Below, one piece after another: positions 19,425 through 21,749 of a DNA stretch of 21,749 bases. The notes beneath the pieces were generated by a model. It searched no databases. It was given only the letters and a program-made list of their open reading frames with translations, and had not been told where the DNA came from. The stretch's first letter is position 1, and every line of letters starts with the position of its first letter. This DNA comes from Bugula neritina (Eukaryota > Animalia > Bryozoa): positions 53,603 to 75,351 of the forward strand of contig CAXIUT010000223.1 of NCBI GenBank assembly GCA_964035545.1, written 5' to 3'. The position numbers and the translations under genes are program-made.

Positions 19425-21749
19425 TCATTTTAAGTCTTTTTTATTTATAGTTTTATTAGTTCGTTGTAACACTAATCCATCAACTTAATTAATATCTTTT
19501 GTAAATTTTACTTTATTTTTCTTCGTAACTCCTTTCTTTCTCAAACTCTTTTCTGTTTTCCTGGTAAAAGATTGACTATCTGACTTTTTCTTCATGAAAT
19601 CTTCAATTTTGTTCATAATATTTTTAATATCAAAAGGCTTTCTCTTTTTATCAACTTTAGTATGAGAATCTTCAAGACTTGATTGAGGTCCTTTCAAATC
19701 TTATTTTAAAATATGATTATTAGATTACATCTAATTCTTATCTTAGATTTTATTTGATCTACAAATCTTTTTAATCAGCTTATAAAAAAATTTAATAGTC
19801 TTAAAAAGTGATTCAAGTAAATGATGAATGGCTCCAATAAGAAAAACTATCAGACATGATAAACTGGTGACAACTAAAGTCAAATTATTCTAAGAAGTCA
19901 TAAAGATGATGAAGCAAACATGGAATATGATAGGATATAAGGCCTTCATCACTGCCAAAACCTTGTTTTTACGCAAAAATAGCACTGAAATAGCATAACA
20001 AGGTTGCCAAGACCAATAACCACCATGAAATAGATCGGATTCTCCAACAGTACCAACAGAGGATAGATAAAGTTTTCATAGTTATTCCACCATCTTCTCA
20101 AAGCAATCCAAATGTATCTTTTATACATTTTCTTTTTAGTTATTTTGATCTATCTTAGCAGACTAACCATCAATAAGAAGAAAAGAGCGAAAAGAACAAT
20201 ATAGTGAACAGTTAGATTCATCTTAGTAGCAAAATTAGACAAATCCTCCTTTGAACAGATAACTCCAAGGCAGTATCATCTAAACCATACTCGAAAAAAT
20301 CAATCCGAAGTATATCTCCAACCTAGAACTCTTTAATTTTTTCAAAAGCTTTTTGAAACTAGAAGGTCCTCTTTTGAGTATAACTATTGCTAGTTAATAA
20401 ACAAACACGTTTGCTAAGAAGATAATTATACTGGCATAGTTTGTTTGCAAGAAGTCAGAGCTGATATCAAAGTAGAGAGCTTTGCTTCCTGTCACTTTTT
20501 CTATTGACAAAGGAGTTGGTTTTTCTATAAGATTAAACTCTTAAATCATATTTGTTTGACATGAATGTTCGAATAGGGATAAGTATCGGAAAATAGGTTA
20601 AGGAATACAAATATTTAAGAGTACATAAAGGCTAGAAAGTGCGAAATAACTAAAAATACTTAAAAAGAACAAAGCAAAAGGAGATGAAAATATAAAAGCA
20701 AATATGTTTTCAATTATATTGTTAAGTATTAATATCTTCTCCTCTATCTCTGTAAATGTTTTTTTTGATTTTATGTATACTCAAGTACTTTGTAAAACTC
20801 TGACTACTACTACTATTCTGACTACTATACTGACTAAGAAGATGGTGTAGTCTTATTAATTTCAACCTCTTTAATAATTGATGGAAAAGAAGTCAAGATA
20901 TTCCCTCCCTCAGTAATATTGATTCCATAGCATGTATAATTACGATTTCCTGTACTGTATATAAAACTTGCATAAGGGTCAGAAAGTAGGTTGTAAGTAG
21001 GAAAACTTCCTGTCATAGTTCCTGTCATATTAGTCAACAAATCATGGATATAAGTCTATGAAAACTTCTGAAAGAGGATAAACCTATTAGAAGTATCAAG
21101 AAAGGCTGATGACATGACACTTGACCCCATTGATAAATTGGCTGTCACTAAATGAGATGTAATATGATAACTCTTACTGGATTCATATTGCCTGTCTCTA
21201 ATAGAGCTAGCTGGCTATCTTTACTAAAAGTAATTGTCTGTGTATAATCAGAACCTCCAACAACTGACCCATTATACACATACTCTAAAGTAAAGCTAGA
21301 ATCAACTGAGTATATGTACAGTCGAGAGTGTTAGTCCCAAACTAAAGCCTTCTATCGATTAGGTGAGACTACTACCTTACAGTTAGTGACATTTAGTGTC
21401 ACTACTGAGCTAGTGTTAGTCAAAATATTCGTAATTTCTACTGAATCGTTTGAGCTTGATCGTTTGATATAGGCGTATATCTGACTACCTTTCCAAAAGA
21501 CAAGTTTAGGAGAAGTTGAAGAGGAATACCCACCGGTCATATTCTGAAAAGCCACAACTCCACTCGAATTAATCGACCATATCAAGTGCTAAGTAACAGT
21601 GCCTGAGTAAGCAGTTAAGGCCATCAGTGTTTAATCTTCATTAATTGATAGATATTTAAGATTATATGGCAGACTATTTCCATAAGAATAGTGAGTAAAA
21701 TTTTGCAAAGAATTACTTAGGTTTGATTTGCTATAGATTTGAACTATAT
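19425..21749 (-). pseudogene. Surface membrane protein, copy 3 (5' end outside the window) with four 1-nt indels; pseudogene or consensus error
   Basis: Highly similar to copies 1 and 2, but the frame shifts at ~21164 (-1), ~20760 (-1, T run), 20240 (+1) and ~19977 (-1, A run). In-frame 30-nt insertion at 20801-20830. Confidence 0.6.

Larger units (their letters stand above)
12604..21749. repeat. Tandem segmental repeat, at least 3 units (~12604-15293, ~15670-18357, ~19273 to window end)
   Basis: Near-identical sequence at offsets of about 3064 and 3603 bp. Each unit carries the membrane-protein gene, its 3' spacer and the first ~27 codons of the neighbouring 11144-12685 gene. Confidence 0.95.

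Noticed and set aside
19970-21170. Euplotes-type programmed +1 frameshifting in copy 3
   Set aside because: Three of the four indels are deletions, none lies at a consistent AAA-stop site, TAR is not a stop here, and copies 1 and 2 need no shift.
100-21585. The supplied ORF list taken as gene models
   Set aside because: It was computed with TAA/TAG as stops. Entries are either fragments of longer genes or antisense/off-frame shadows (e.g. 100-291, 360-566, 1864-2136, 8011-8325, 11133-11449, 14932-15123).
210-21749. Standard ciliate code (TAA/TAG = Gln, table 6) and a Tetrahymena/Paramecium identity
   Set aside because: TAR codons fall at conserved Glu sites, conserved Gln sites use only CAA/CAG, and paralogs swap TAR with GAR.
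84-21749. tRNA, rRNA or transposon sequence
   Set aside because: No cloverleaf-like GC-rich segment, rRNA motif, terminal inverted repeat or transposase motif was seen by eye; a tRNAscan-SE/Infernal run would be needed to exclude them fully.

Overview
This is the left end of a ciliate-type macronuclear chromosome. A (CCCCAA)n telomere is followed by about 12.6 kb of tightly packed eukaryotic genes, then a tandem array of three related surface membrane-protein genes. The supplied ORF track uses the wrong genetic code: here TGA is the only stop and both TAA and TAG encode glutamate (the known peritrich-type nuclear code, NCBI table 30), not glutamine. This is shown by conserved Glu positions in the HECT, Josephin, ACP, TBC and RBR domains and by GAA/GAG/TAA/TAG swaps between paralogous copies. 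Genes carry tiny GT-AG introns of 19-22 nt, mostly 20 nt. Genes recovered by hand translation: a Jupiter/SPIRAL1-like protein, a hypothetical protein, a mitochondrial ACP-like protein lacking the phosphopantetheine Ser, a TBC RabGAP, RPB5, an N-acylation-motif HECT E3, a hypothetical (possibly FAM227-like) gene with an apparent back-to-back double intron, an ataxin-3-like Josephin-UIM-SHP-UBX protein, a Ubl-RBR E3 with an internal duplication, a Lys/Glu-rich hypothetical protein, and the three-copy mosaic family (signal peptide, glycosylated beta-rich ectodomain, multi-TM domain; copy 3 is frameshifted and runs off the window). All family calls are by eye, without database searches.
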